In this document: piece by piece, positions 1-13,614 of the stretch | Numbering within the stretch: the first letter of the stretch is position 1 | Layout: every line of letters begins with the position of its first letter | Assembly (NCBI GenBank): GCA_029717555.1 | Contig: JAMDHS010000043.1 | Span: forward strand, 62,001-126,000 | Origin: Peribolospora baueri | Lineage: Eukaryota | Direction of reading: 5' to 3' | Length of the DNA stretch: 64,000 nt | The notes under the pieces: generated by a model | Databases searched by the model: none | Told to the model about the DNA's origin: nothing | What the model saw: the letters and a program-made list of their open reading frames with translations, nothing else | Position numbers and translations under genes: made by a program

Positions 1-248
1 CCGCTTTCAGCGTGCTCAACGATGCGTGGAACGCGCAGAAATAGTTCTTATAGGGTATAATAGAGGCGACGGAGAGCGGGAGTAATGGATGAATGGACAT
101 GTGGGGATGTGTGCCTGAACGTGGAAGGCCGGGCGGCCTGGAAGGGCACGGTAAATGTATTCTGAGTGGGCTGAGTGTCTCTTAGCTAGAGGCGAGAGCG
201 ATCTCTTTAGTTTCGAAGGCGGAACGGAGCGATTTTGGATTTCCTCGC

Positions 249-1806
249 CTATACGAGCGACCGTCTGACAAACAGAATGCTCAAGGGGTAATATACATCT
301 ACTTCATCCTCCCAGTCAATCAACTTTGCTTCTTCCTCTTCTTCGCTCGCCCCCACGTCGGCATCGGCCTTGGCCTGAGCCCATCTGGCTTCGTTGAACC
401 ATTTCCCCATCAAGTCTTGGTTTTGCTCCGCCCGCCCTTTGTCCTCCGGGTGTTCGGAAAGGTATGACACATATCCGGACGAACTTCGGTACATATCGAT
501 GAATTTAGCAAAGGTCATCTTCGTCCTGAAGACGGCCTGTGGTTGACTCGCACCCTCCTGGTCGGAGGGGTACAGGATGCGTTTCGCCCACGCCGGCAGA
601 GGCTCAGGCTCGGTACAATTCCAGAAAGTGGGATCGACGTCCAACTTGAGGTGGAGGGTATCCGAGGGGACAAAGGGCGGAGGCGATGGCATGGGAATCG
701 AGTCAAACAAAGTCGCTTGCAACACATAACCCGACGTCGGTGACTGGAGGCGTATGTCCGAGTGCGAGCATAATGGAACGATTACGAGCGGGAGCAAAGA
801 ACAGGAGCAGGAGCCGTGAGAATGGTTGAGATGTCCATCAGCCATGCCTTTCGTTCCTCCTTTCTCCTGGTTCCAGAATAAGGTGCATTCTTCCTTTCGG
901 AACCCTCACCGTATCATAGTAATTTCCGAGGCCATCTGGATCGTAGAATAGATCGTGAACATATCGGTTGAGAACGGGCTTGCCGACGACCAGCCTCGCA
1001 GGGTAGCCCTGTCGTAGATACGAAACAAACGAGAAGGATAAGAGGATAGGGACAAAAGGACTGAGTGACAAGACATTTCGACCCCTCGCATCTTTGATTG
1101 ACGACTATGCTCACCCAGAAAGCGAGCGTCCCGCCTTTCCTCACAATCCTGGCCATCTCGTTCCAGACCTTGGCGCCGCCGGGTTCACCGAACCAGTCGA
1201 ACCAGTGTACAGCGGTGGCTGCGACGACGAGATCAACGCTCTGATCGGGCAAGCCAGTGGCCTCGCCAGAGCCCTCCTTGAAGGCTATAGTGTGGTGAGA
1301 AGGAAAAGGGGGAACGCCGGGGATGGAGGATGGGTCTAGGGAACTTGCGGTGGAAACCATCGCGGCGGAAAGGTCGACGCCAGTTACGGTGGAGAAGCGA
1401 GAGAGAAGCGGAAAGGTTCCTTGCCCTGCGCATCCATTTGCAAGCAACGACGGTGACGAGAGGAGCGGTCAGAAAGAGATGGGGTGAGATAGATGGTGGA
1501 TGATCCGGCTGCCATAGACAGCTCCGTCTATCGAGCGTACTTATAAGACCCATCGGCCTTCGCCGCTTGCTCACCAATCCCACAGCCCACGTCGACAGCT
1601 GCCTCCCATCTAGCGAGATCGAGATTGGCGACTGTATGAACTTGGTTTTCTGTCTTTTCTCCTCCTGCTTGACCGAGGTTGGCAGCACTGCTTGCAGCAC
1701 CTTGGGCATGATAGGCGAAGACGAGATCAAAGATGGTCTGGGGATAGAAGGGCCGAGCGCGGACGTAATCGCGCGCGTCGAACGTCTTATGTGAGAAGGA
1801 GGCCAT
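249..1806 (-). CDS. SAM-dependent methyltransferase (Methyltransf_11; Crg1/Tmt1-like), about 4 exons
   Basis: Starts MASFSHKTFDARDYVRARPFYP. Motif I VDVGCGIG|QGT is split by a GT-AG intron, followed by VTGVDLSAAM, SVDLVVAATAVHWFDW and RIVRKGGTLAFW|GY. Stop at 249. Confidence 0.9.
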
Positions 1807-2208
1807 GGCGGAGAGTCGGGCATTGTGAGGTGGGTTAGGTGAGCAGATCGTAGAACGCCTGCTATCTTATCACATCGCGGAGCGGATCACGCCATTGACC
1901 GCAGCAAGAAGACCGGCAAGTGGAGGTCGACGTCGTGTTGGACGACGTGGAAGTCGGCTTCTCGAGCGGCGTCGCCGAGTCGTCTGATGGCAACATCGAC
2001 CACCTCGCTCGTCCGGTCAACCAGCCTGCCCTGCTGAGCTCAGCCGATGAATGCTTACTCGCTTCTACCGCCCTCTTCCTTGCCCGTAGTTCCCGCCTCG
2101 ACCGCGCCGGGACTGCCGTAATCGGGTAAACCTCCGGCGGGGGGAAAAAGTGGAAGAGAACACTTCTTTTTCTTCGCTCTCTTCGTCCATCTTCGTCGGA
2201 GACCCACC

Positions 2209-4688
2209 ATGCCCCTCGTACCCGTCGATGTCCCACCCGCACCACCAGTGCCACCACCGCTCCCTCCACGCCTCCTCGAAGAGGGCTCTCAAGACCTTCC
2301 CAGAGAAGACCTCCTGGATTGGTGGAACCGAACGCTTTACGCCCCTTCGGACGACGGTGGCCATCACCATGGCGGGGAGGAGGCGCCGGACGGGAGGAGC
2401 ACAAAGAGGAAGAGGGTCACGGAGGTGCCCCTCGAGCAAGGAATGAGCCCCATCGTCTTCGGATGCGGGATCCTGTGAGGTTTTGCTGTGTTTTCCGCAG
2501 TCGGTCCATGCGTAGCGTACCGTACATGCATGTATTGCTTGAGCGTTTCCATTGACTTTTTATTTCTCCGTCCTTCCACTTCGTGTCGCTAGGGGCTCGG
2601 GCATGTACAACTCTGACTCCACGCTCACCGGCTCCTTGCCTGCTCGAGCTATCCGACTGGCTCTCCGATACGGCGTCAACGCCCTCGATACCTCACCGTA
2701 CTAGTGAGCTCATCGAGCCGTGTCCTCTCTTCTAACCCCTGCTCACCATCGCTTCACACTCCTCCCAACCACTCCGCAGTCACCCCTCCGAACTCTCTTT
2801 GGGCCGAATCCTCCGCACCCTGCATCTCTCAGGAGAAGCACCACGCGATACCTACTACCTCTTTAGCAAGGTGGGCCGATACGGTCCTCTGAAACGCCAC
2901 TTTGACTACTCGCCTCAAAGGGTGAGGAGCAGCGTGCTGGAGAGTAGGAGGAGATTGAACGCCGGCGGAAGTGATGTGCCAGGTGCGAAGGAGGACGGGT
3001 GGTTGGATGGAGTTTGTGAGTTGGCGAGCTTGTTCTTCTTGCCATTCTGGAATAAGTGGACGCTCTCGAGAGAGCACCTCTCACACTCCGCTGCTAACCG
3101 CTTCCCGTGGTCGCTTGTCTTCCTTTTTTTCCATCTCTTAACATCTAGATCTGCACGACGTCGAGTTTGTCGCAGAGTCCGTCGGCCCCTCCAACTCGGC
3201 CGGGTTCCACGCCCTCGAAGGTCTCACTTCTCCTTCCATCGCCGCCAGCATGGGCCTTGCTCCGGGAGACGAGGCAAAGTCCTTCGGCCCGGGAGACGAG
3301 AAGGTGCTCGAGGCGGTGTGCGAGCTGTGGAGGCTCAAGGACGAAGGCGTGATCCGCCGAGTCGGCATATCCGGCTACCCTCTGCCCACGCTCCTCCGGC
3401 TCTCGCGCCTCATCGCAGCTTCACCGCCTTACCGTCCCTTGGACATGCTGCTCAGCTACAGCCACCACACACTCTCCAGCTCGCTCCTGGACGCATACCT
3501 TCCCTTCCTTCGCGCCCCGATCAACACGCCCCGTGGCATTGTTCCCGCGCCGCTCATCCTCAACGCATCCCCCTTCAGCATGGGCCTCCTCGTCGATGGG
3601 CCCCCTCCCGCGTGGCATCCCGCCAGCGAAGAGCTTAAGGGAGCCTGTGTGCGTGCGAGCCAAGCGCTCCAGGAGCATGGCACCGGGCTTAGCAAGGTCG
3701 CGCTAGGGTTCGGCATTGGGCCCGAGGTGGACGGCGTGGATTGGAGGATGCACCACGGGAAGGGAGAAGGGAGACACAGGTTGCGCACACTCGTCGGGCT
3801 CAGCACGCCCGATCAGGTACATGAAGCTGTGGAGGTGAGCGCCTTCGTATGCCCTTCTGGTCCGTCGCATGGCGTGGCTGCGTCAACCGGGGTGTGTGCT
3901 CACTGCGCTGTCTTCCTTTCCTTTCGTAGGTCTTTCGTGATCTTTATTCTCCTCTACCGGCCGCTCCAACTGCTACCGCTGTTGCGGATTGCACTATGCC
4001 GGAGACCGTCGGCCCATCTGCTCCGACTTTGCACCCTTTGCGGCATTCAGTTTCGATTACGACTAATGACGGCGATTCGTTAGGAGGAGGCGAAGATGAA
4101 AAGGAGAAGGATGGAGCCGCCGTGGGAGTTGAGCGCCACGAGGACGAGGAGGACGAAGAGGACGAGGAGGAGGACGTAGAGACGAGTCTGACGGCCACCT
4201 CCTCCACCGCACCCTCCACCGCAGCACCTTCTGTCTTCGACGACGTCCGACCCACTTTCGGTCATTGGTCTAACGTGGACACGGCTGAAGTCGGAGGGGG
4301 AGTTGGAAGCAGCGTGGGGATGTCGTCCCCCCTCGTTACGACTCCGTCTCTCTCACCGCAGCACACGGGTGGCAGCCTCGAAACGACATCAAAACCATCG
4401 TCGATTGCAGCCCAGGCCATCGTCGCCACCACTTCCTCCCTTTCTCCTCCTCACCTGTTTGCGCGCATCCGCTCAGCAGCAGAATACGAAGCGTCGCGCC
4501 TGCTCTTACCACCAACGATGCAGCGCAGCACGGCTCCTCCCATCGGCCCCAAGGGCACGGAGACGAGGAGGGAGATGATGCTTCGCAAGAGGAAGGAGGC
4601 GAGCGTCTTGGAGGACGCCGTGAGGACGGTGATGAGAGAGTGTGGCGTGTTGGGCTGGGACTGGGAGAGTCCCGGACCGGAGGCGTGA
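2209..4688 (+). CDS. Aldo-keto reductase, D-arabinose 1-dehydrogenase (Ara2)-like, with a long acidic C-terminal insertion
   Basis: Spliced motifs SPIVFGCG, ALRYGVNALDTSPYY, FSKVGRYG..FDYS, LHDVEFV, VGISGYPL, LSYSHHTL and LNASPFSMGLL. C-terminus GWDWESPGPEA*. Confidence 0.85.
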
Positions 4689-5206
4689 TGGGACGGGTCA
4701 GCGCGGGGCGTGCACGGCACGCGCGTGGTTCGTCTCTCTATCCTATAGATTTTCTCATTCTCCTTTCTTCACCTTTAAATCTGTTTTAATTCGGGTTTAT
4801 GGTGCTGCGCCTTCCCTACGGACGTCTCGTTGCCTCCACCAGTGCACTTTTAGTCAGATTTGGGCGCCGGCGCCGGACAGCCGCTGAAGGAGCTAGTCGG
4901 CTGTTGTTCCTACGAACGGGATCGAGGCCCTGTCGCGGCCGTCCACCAAGTATACTAGATTAATTTGATGATGCATTCACAAGTTCTCATTTTGCCTTGT
5001 CGTCTTGCCCTGCCGGGGACGTTGGCTTTCCGGACAATCCGTGCAGGCCGAAAAGGAGGCAGGAAGTCGTGGGCAGGCACGCTATGGGCACGGCGGTGCG
5101 ACTTCGCGCACGTGATGCTGAGTGTGTCTATGCGTCTCCACGCGTCGGCGATCGCCGGACCACCACCATCTCGCTCCACGAGTCGACGACGACGACGACG
5201 ACGATC

Positions 5207-7400
5207 ATGGCCAGACGGAAAGCCTTCGCGATGCGCTCGGGGGCCCCTCCAGCTCCGACGAATACGAGAACGCCTCTTCGTGACAAGGGTTTACCGCCTA
5301 ACGTGGCCGCTCCGCCGACAGCTGCGATGGCAGCTTCTCCCGCAAAGCAGCCTCTTAAGAGCGGCGGTGCGCTCAGCTGGACCGCTCCCACCAATTTGTC
5401 TGAGCGTGCCCGTGCGGGCAAGGCCGGAGCTCGAGGCGGTGCGGCCGTACGAAAGCGCATTCGGACGCGCGGGACCGGAGAGAACAGGCTGGCGGACGGG
5501 AGCATGGCGGAAAGTTTGTCCCTCACGCCTGTACAGCAGACGCCGCGACATCGTCAGGCTTTGGCGTCCGCTAATGCGATTTCTCCCAGCCGATCACCCT
5601 TTAGGAGGGCTAGGATAGGCAAGAAAAAATCGGCAGGGCCGCTTCATGTTCGTCAGTCTTCGCGTGCAGTGGAAGAGCCGGCGCCGGGGACGGGAGGAGA
5701 GATGCCGGTGCCATCGACTCCAGTCTCATCCACCCGCCAACGTCGTCTCAGCGGAGGGCGGGCTGACTCTCTTGCCCTCGTGTCCCCTGGCCTGAGTCCC
5801 ATCTGCTATGGCTCTCCAGGCCCTGCGCTTGACCACGACAAAAAGGCCGGAGAGCTGGATGACGAGGACGAGGAGAACATGCACCCGCATGCGAGCCTTG
5901 GCGCCGGAGGCGGCATGTTCAAAAGGCTGACTGGCGGAAGCGCCCCTCGGCGGAGACCGCTTGTAGAGCTTCCCTTGAACGTCGTTCCAATGGGTGGATT
6001 GGGTCAAGGTGTAAGGGTGAGTCGCACACTTTTAGGAATCTTCCTCTCATTGATTCCCTAACGATATTTTATCCACTTGCTCATTTCCTGCGTGGACAGC
6101 CTGCTAGCGTGATCGAGCGTTCTGTCGAAGGACTCTTGTCCTCTGCGTCCCCTCCCTCCCCAGCCCAGCGTGAAAATATCCATCCGTGGGCATCCCCATC
6201 GTCTGGGAAGTCTTCGCCATCCGTTCACTCGTCCGACGATCCCTTTGGCCTACTGGCCGCAGAGCGCGCGGCAAAAGCGCACAGGATCGTCAAGGCAGCT
6301 ACGACCGGAGCGATGAATGCCGAGGGTCTCGACGGATCCCCGAAACAGCGCATATACGCGGGTTCCGAGGCGAGCGGACCCTTGAACATGTCCAATGACA
6401 GGCCCGCGTTCGCCACTCCCAGCCCGCCGCCCGTTTCTGCTGTCCTGGCACAAGGTCGTTCGCCCCATTCCCGCGCCGGCCGCGACGATATAGGCAAGGT
6501 CTCTCTGACTGCTGGTGACAACAGCAGCGAGCTCGAGTACCTTGATGTTCCGGATCTTAGTCGCGGCTCTGGATTGGCGTTGGTCGATCCATCGGCCGCG
6601 AAGGGACAGCCAGTCGAGTCGCGCGCAGGGAGAAGGCGCCCAGGTCCGCCCGTGACCTCGGATCTTACGGAGTTCTCAGCTAGCGAGAAAGAGGGCATCG
6701 AACCCGTACGGCGCACGGGAAGGGCGCGCCCAGCTCGTAATGGCTCGTCGACATCTAGCGCGGCACACAAGCGAAAGGAGGAGAGGGAGGGGAAGCTGCG
6801 CTCTGCGGAGTTGGCAGCTCTCCTCCCACGGCGGAGGCCCAGAGCGGCGGTGACGGCGGCCAAGATGTCCAGCGTGGGTGAGGAGAAGGAACTGGAGCTG
6901 GGACGTCGAGGGAGAGAGCGTCCCGGGAGAGCGGCGAAGGCGTCGAAAGGATCTTCTGAGAGGGAAAGCGGCAAGACGGGTAACCGGAAAAGGAGGGCGC
7001 AGGGTAGGGAGGAGGACGGGTGGGAAGACGATGACGTCCGGCCCCGAACGAAGCACCGCACGACCAAGGGCACAGGCAAAGCCCAAGGCAAGGACAAGGC
7101 GGCGAAGAGCAAAGGCAAGGTCCAACCTTTGAAGGCAAGCAAGGCCACGCGGCGGATGGAATCTCCACTCAAGTCCGTGGGATCGAGGGAAGGGGAGAGT
7201 GATGTGAGCGAGGTGAGGTTTCTTTCCTGGCGCATGTGCTGTACGCCGTCGAACGGGAGGAGCAGCCGAACGATGAACTGATCGTCCCCCCCATTTTTTA
7301 ATATCCATCACAGACTCTCCTGCGCGAGCGACAGGGACGCTTGCAGCACTACAAGGACCTGGAGGATAACTACGACCTCGAGGAGGAATGGGTGGTTTAA
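5207..7400 (+). CDS. Disordered basic protein with a Sororin-like C-terminal motif (putative cohesin regulator)
   Basis: ATG at 5207; introns at about 6017-6099 and 7213-7313. Last exon reads TLLRERQGRLQHYKDLEDNYDLEEEWVV*. Also has a DDPFGL motif, many SP/TP sites and RxxL motifs. The gene model is well supported; the function is inferred. Confidence 0.55.
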
Positions 7401-7784
7401 GTTGGGCTGATCTGATGCTGTTCGGCGAACGTGCGCTTATGCTATCCGCGCCGTTCTCGCCTGCTTGTCGTATTTTTCGTACCCTGTTCGTTTGCTTTCC
7501 AATGTGCTATTATTGACTTTGGCGTTTCACGCTATCCGTCTGTTTTCGGCTGTTGTCCTCTGTTCGCGACTCGCTCGTGTATCGTAGCCGTCTCGTTTCC
7601 CATCGTCGTCGAGAGCAAACGAATGCCTCGTCAAGGAAGAATGTATCAGTGTTTGGAGATCGAGCGAGGGCGCGCCGTTCGACGGTAAAACGCGTCTCTG
7701 CGTCCAGCGCTCCCTTTTCAGATCGTGGAAGATGGGATTCGAGAGCGGAGAGGCGACGGGGGCTAGAAGGGCTCGACATGTGGT

Positions 7785-10139
7785 TTACGTGTCCCCATCG
7801 TAACCGCCAGTGCGCCCGAAGCGGAACGTTTCCTTGAAGTGGCCCAGCCTGTCCTCGAGACCGGTGAAGCAGGTTTGTGCGCGGATTTGGAGGGCCTGGA
7901 TGGAAGAGGTGGGCGGGAGGTAATGAGGGGGCATGCGAGCGACATGTCGGCAACAAAAAAAAAGTCGCGCAAAGACGAAAGACGAACGATGGCGCGGGAC
8001 GCTTCCGACCCGACACGCACCTCTGGCAACCACGTCTCTATCTGCTGGATGCGCTTTTCGTTCGTCGGGTGGGTGCTCAGAAAGCCCGAGGCGGTGCCTA
8101 GCCAGCTAGCGAGCAAGCCCCTGGACGTGGCTCCGGATTCCATGAGCTCCGCCGTGGACATGCGACGCCACAGACTGCGGGGAATGGGAGGGGGGGGGGG
8201 CAGAAAGGGTAGCGGAGAGAAAATGGTCATTCGAGGGCGCACGGAAATAAGGGCGCCGGGAAGGAACGGAGCCAAACTGACTTGGAGGCCTCCCGAGGAT
8301 CAAAGCAGGCGAGTGACGTGATGCGCAGACCGAGATAGTCGGCTGGGTTGGCAGGAAAGAAAGAAGAGGGGGAGACCATGGACGCATGGATAGCAGCGGT
8401 GAGTCAAAGTCGGAAGGGAGTGCCGAACGAGACGCGAGCGAAAACCGAGCCGCGCACCTTCGCTTTCAGCCTTGCGCGAGTTGGGCAACCTGTCGCACGC
8501 GAGATGTAGGAGACGAATGTTAGGGATCCCGAGCGCGCTGATGACGAGGAGGATGATGGGCTCACTGTAGGAGTAGAGTCAAGCCCATTCTACTCAAGCC
8601 GACATCAAACCCGAGCATTTGAAGGACTTGGCCGAGGAAGATGAGCACCTTGAGCGAGGACACCTTTTCCGCCGAGTGTCGCGCAACTGGTTCGGCGCGA
8701 CAGGAAAACGAATCAGTCGGCGGGGAACACGGGCGTCGAGCGAAGAGGTGCGACTTGGAATCAGAATTCAGGAGGCTCACTGGTGTGGGCAATCTCTGCG
8801 AATCGGTCACCCCGCGGGGCGTGCGGAGCGACAGAAAAGGGAGGGACGGCGAGCACGCGCGAGATGAGCGTTGAGGCTGGCGGCAGCGGCTCAGAGCCGA
8901 CGCGCAGGTCGTACGACTCACCGTGGCCCAAGACGGTGGCGAGACCGTCTTCGTTGCGGCAGATGGGGAGGATACCGGTGAAGACGAATATCTTGCCGCC
9001 TGTTGGAGATAGGAAGGGGAAGAAAGACAAAGGAAGGCAGGCAGGCTGGTTGATGAGCGTCCCTTCGAGCAAGTGGATGGAGGAGCAGACGCACCAGGGA
9101 GGACGAAAGCGTTTCTGTTGCGGTCATCCTTGATGACCAACACCTCCCACTCCGTCCCTCCCGCCTCCACCTTTTGCCCCACTCCGCTCCAGGCCGTCTC
9201 TTGTGGTGATCCGACCTGTGTGTGAAGCGAATCGGCGCCGGGAGCCCTCTCAGAAGCGTCGATGACCCTCTGGGCGACCTGCCTGACGTAGCGCGACGTG
9301 GGGTCTGAAGGCGAGAGGATCCTGCCCTTGTACTCGCGGAGCGTCTCCTTGTATGCATCGATTCCCATCCTTCGCTCTTCCTCCGGGCTCACGTCAATGA
9401 AACGAAGGCGACCGGTGATGGGCACTCGCTCGAGGTGGTAGAGGTAATAGAGGGCGGCGAGGGCGAAGAGGAGGACGAGGAGGGGTGGAGGAGAGCCTCC
9501 GAAGCGGTGGAAGAGACGTCGCCAAAGCGCCTGCAAGGCAGCATAGGTGCTAGCCCGTAGTCGCTCCAATTCGTTCCCCTCTGGACCGCCTTTCCCCGGC
9601 CCTGGTCCACCTGGGAAGCCGCCGCCGCCGTTTCCTGGGCGCCGATCGCCGAAGCGTCGGTATGTCGCGTACGGCCTAGGTCGCGCGACGGCGAGAGGCG
9701 AAGAGGAGGGCCAAAGAAGAGGCGTAGAAGTGCTTCCCGGGCCTACCTGAAAGAGAAAGCGCCGACGAGGGAGGGTGATCGAGTACGACGGGCGAGGAGG
9801 TGAGAGGAGGGTGAGATGATGTTCACGTATGTTCGAGAGCGCAGGTTCGAGGGAGAGCGTGCGAAATGGCGCAGAGGAGGACGGCGCCGGGCCAATGGCG
9901 GTCGCTCCTGGCCCGGCGGCGGGACGAGGGAAGCGGGAAGAAGAGGGAAGAGTGATGACGGCGCATGCTGTACACGCAGAAGTGGAGGAAAGCGAGCGTG
10001 ATGGCCTCGTCGGTCGAGATGAGCTTGCTCCCAGTCGGAGAAGCGAGGGTGGCTGCTGCCGCAGGGGCTCTGGGGCGAGTAGGAGAGAGCGCAGGAGCAG
10101 GCTCGAGGGCGGTAGAGCCTTTGCTGTGGTGAGGAGCAT
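7785..10139 (-). CDS. OMA1: Mitochondrial metalloendopeptidase Oma1 (peptidase M48)
   Basis: [52 protein letters not shown] (HExxH rebuilt from three exons), [17 protein letters not shown]. The N-terminus is Arg/Ser/Leu-rich and presequence-like. Confidence 0.92.
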
Positions 10140-12389
10140 TTCGAACCGTGCGACCTGTGCTCGCTATGGGAGGTAGCAGTCGATGTGGTTCGTCTTGAGT
10201 GGGTCGAACGAGTCCGGGGGGACGATGATGATTCAGCAGGGATGTAAGCAAGTGATCGACGGATCGCCGCAGCAAGACGACCTGCGTCCGTCGTCCACGC
10301 CGTTCAGCTTTCGTTCGCCTTTCCCAAACGCCGTGCCCATCCAACACGATCATGTATAAAAGGGGCTTGCCGATGTTTCTGTTTCCCTTGCTTCGCACTG
10401 AGACACGCAAGCATTCGGTGGCCGACATGACCGACGCCGAGCGAGACGAGCACTGCAGCGCGTCGCAAAGGCTCACAGTGCGCAAGTACTGCACGTGGGC
10501 AGACGGAACATGTATGGGGCACTCGAGACGGCACAATCCTGGGATATCGTCCACCCGGAGAAGGAAGAAGAGGACGCGGGCGGCATGCCCGCCTCACACT
10601 TCTCTTCTCGGCTCCAGTTTTTTTTTTTCGTTATTTTTTCCTCGTTGCCTGACGCCAGTATGTGTGCGCACGACGAGATGGCCGTCGTCGTGCGCTGTCG
10701 TCGTGCGCTGTGGATGAAGGTCAGGGCGGAGGGAGGGCACTGAGGTTGTCGCCCGAGCCGCTCCCCTCCGCGCCCGCACATGCGCTTTCACGAGCGAGCG
10801 AGTGAGCAACCCCTTCAATAGCACCGATCGACGCACGGACCCTACTGCCCCCTTCCTTCCTTTCTCCTTCCTTCCTTCCTTCCTCGACCGATCGAACGAA
10901 CAAAACGAACAAAACGAGCCCAACCGGAACCGAACGAAAAAAAAAAAGGATGTGAAAAGAAAAGAAAAGAAAAGAAAAGACAAGAAAACGACTTGCGTGC
11001 GTGCATGCGGAGCGGAGCAGTCTTGCCGAGCACCTAGCACCGAGCATGCACGCACGCACGTCGCCGTCGGGTTTCGGAAAATTTTCTTTTTCCCCAAGTT
11101 CCTCCCTCTTGCTCGTGCTTGTGCCGGCGCGGTGGGGTCGGGGTCAAATGGTGGCCGAGGGACTCTTTTTTACTTATGTGAGTTGAGCAAGTAGAGAGAT
11201 CGACAGATAGACAGATAGAGTGATAGATTGATAGATAGGGGAGTTTTTTGAGGGTCGACGACGTGGGCTCTGCAGCATCGATGGACTCGCTCGCTCGCTT
11301 GTCCAACGTCTCCCTCCCTGGCAGGGCGAGGAACAGCCACCCAGCCTGCCAGCCAACCAGCCAGTCTGCCTGCCAACCTGTCAGGGCCAGGAACAGGGCC
11401 ATGTGACGCAAGCGGGAGCGTCCGAGTTGCTTTTTCATGCCATGCTGCAGTAGGGGAACATGGACGTGGACGTGGACGTGGGACTAGTCTGCGAAAACCG
11501 AAAGTCGGCAAGGACCGAGACCAACGGGGAGCGCGTCGACCATCACGCGACGCGACGCAGCGCCCATATATATGTGTCTCTCTGTGTGTGTGCGTGTGTG
11601 TGTCTATGACTGGCGTATGACGCTGGCCACGTTCGCGTCGGCGGAGCACACAACGCAACACAGCGCGGTCGTCGAGCGCTCGCTCGACGAAGGGAAGCGA
11701 GTAGGAGGCACGTTAGACACGCGGATGTGGCGGACGCTCGAGCACACTTTGCTCGCGGCCTGCAGATGCGAGCGCCTGCGGCGGGCGGGAGGAAGGAAGG
11801 GTGGGTGTGCGTGTGCATTCGTTTGGACGAGCGTTGGAAGAACGAATGCGCAGACCTACTAGTCCTGCGACGACGACGACGACGACGACGACACGGGGTG
11901 TGGGATGACGACGGGCCGCCGGATGTCGGTGGAAGGCATAACAAGGCACAAGATAAGCTATAAGGCATCATGGGATCGCATCGCATCTTGGGCCATCACA
12001 AAAAATCGCAGTGTGCATCTGAGAAATACGAAAAGAATACTAAGAATAGCCGGTGGAGGGACTGGACGGGCCTATGTGGGGGATGGATGGCGGTCGCGTC
12101 GCTCGCTATCGCTATTGTCCGGGGAGTGCCCAGGTCGGTCGACGCTGGCAGTCGGTGGTGGTGCGCAGGGGACGAACAAGCGGGGCGTTGGTTGGTTGGT
12201 TGGGCGTGCAGGAGGGTCGCTTCGGTCGGGTGAGCGGGGCGGCGATCGACGGATGGGTTGCGTTGGCGCGGACTGGAGGGTGCGAGTAGTGGGCGGGGGA
12301 AGACGAGGCGTGGGAGAGCGTCGGTGGGTCGCGGGGGAAGGGAGTGAGTGGGTCGGGAGAGCGATCGGAGGGTTAGGAAAAGGCGGGAA

Positions 12390-12428
12390 AAAATAAAAGA
12401 AAAAGAAAAAGAAAAAGAAAAAGAAAAA
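12390..12428. repeat. (GAAAAA)n purine tract
   Basis: Directly visible: aaaagaaaaagaaaaagaaaaagaaaaagaaaaagg. Confidence 0.8.
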
Positions 12429-13586
12429 GGCCGACCGATGGATCGATTGGTTGGTCGTCGCTTGCTCCTCCTTCTCTCGACACCTGGTTTGGTTTTTGTC
12501 TGGTTTGGTCTGTCTGTCAGTCTGTCTGATCTTGTCTGTCTGTCTTTCTTTGTCGTCTCGACTCGACTCCCCGCATTGCTCGCTGCCTGTCCGCCACCAC
12601 CGACTCGCTCCGGCTGTCGTCGTCGTTGTCGTTGCCCGTCGCCGTCGCCGTCGTCGGTCGTCCTCTCACCGTCGCCCTCGCCCTCGCCGTCATCGTCCCC
12701 GTCGCCATCCGGTCCCGTCCATCCATCCCTCCGTCCCTTTCTCCGCCCCATCCAACCTCCACCGGTCCGACGACGACCACCTCCCTCCCCTTTATTATCC
12801 GCCCGCACCTAGCCCACCGCTACGCTACACGCGTACCGTCGCCGCCCGCCCCGCCGGACACACGCCAATCGAGTGACGAGCAAGTGACTGACTACTGCTC
12901 TCCTCGCCGCTGTCGCCGCGTCGGCTCCGTCTCTTCCTCCCTCTCGTCCAAGCCCAAACCCGTCCGTCTTCTTTCCTTTAAACCCTCTCCTCTTCCTCGT
13001 CCGACCACCTCCTCCTCCCTCCTCCTCTTATTTTCCTTTTCGCCCTCCCTCTCCCTCTCCCTCACGCCCTCTCTTCTCCCGTCCGCCGTCGCTCCCTCCG
13101 ACCGTCGCGCGCGATCACCGACTGACTTGCGACGACACGACCCTCGTCGCGACCCTCCCTGTCCCCCTCACCACCGCCGCCGCCGTCACCTCCCTTTCGC
13201 CGCATCAGCCGATTACGTCAACGCACGCCGCCACGAATCGAATCGACCGACGACCGCACGAAGGAAACGAAGGAACGCGAGTGCTGCGATCGGCTCGGTC
13301 GCCTCCCTCCGAGCCAAAGAAGAAACAAACAAAGCCCCACCTGCCCCGCCGCGGTCGGTGTCCCTCCTTTCCCTCTCCACCACCGCTTCCTTCCTTCTTG
13401 TACACCATCGATCGGCCCCCTCCGTCCTCCGTCGTCCCCCTCGCCGCCGCCGCCGCTCCCTCCTAGACCCCTCACTCGGCGGACGGACGGCTGGACCGCG
13501 GCGAGGCAGGCCATCCATCCATCCGCTCGCTATCGGGAGCGAGAGAGGAGACGAAGCAGAAGGAGGAGGTCGTCGAGGTGAAGGAA

Positions 13587-13614
13587 AGAAGAAGAAGAAG
13601 AAGAAGAAGAAGAA
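13587..13614. repeat. (GAA)n microsatellite just upstream of the G-alpha ATG
   Basis: About 9 consecutive GAA units. Confidence 0.9.
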
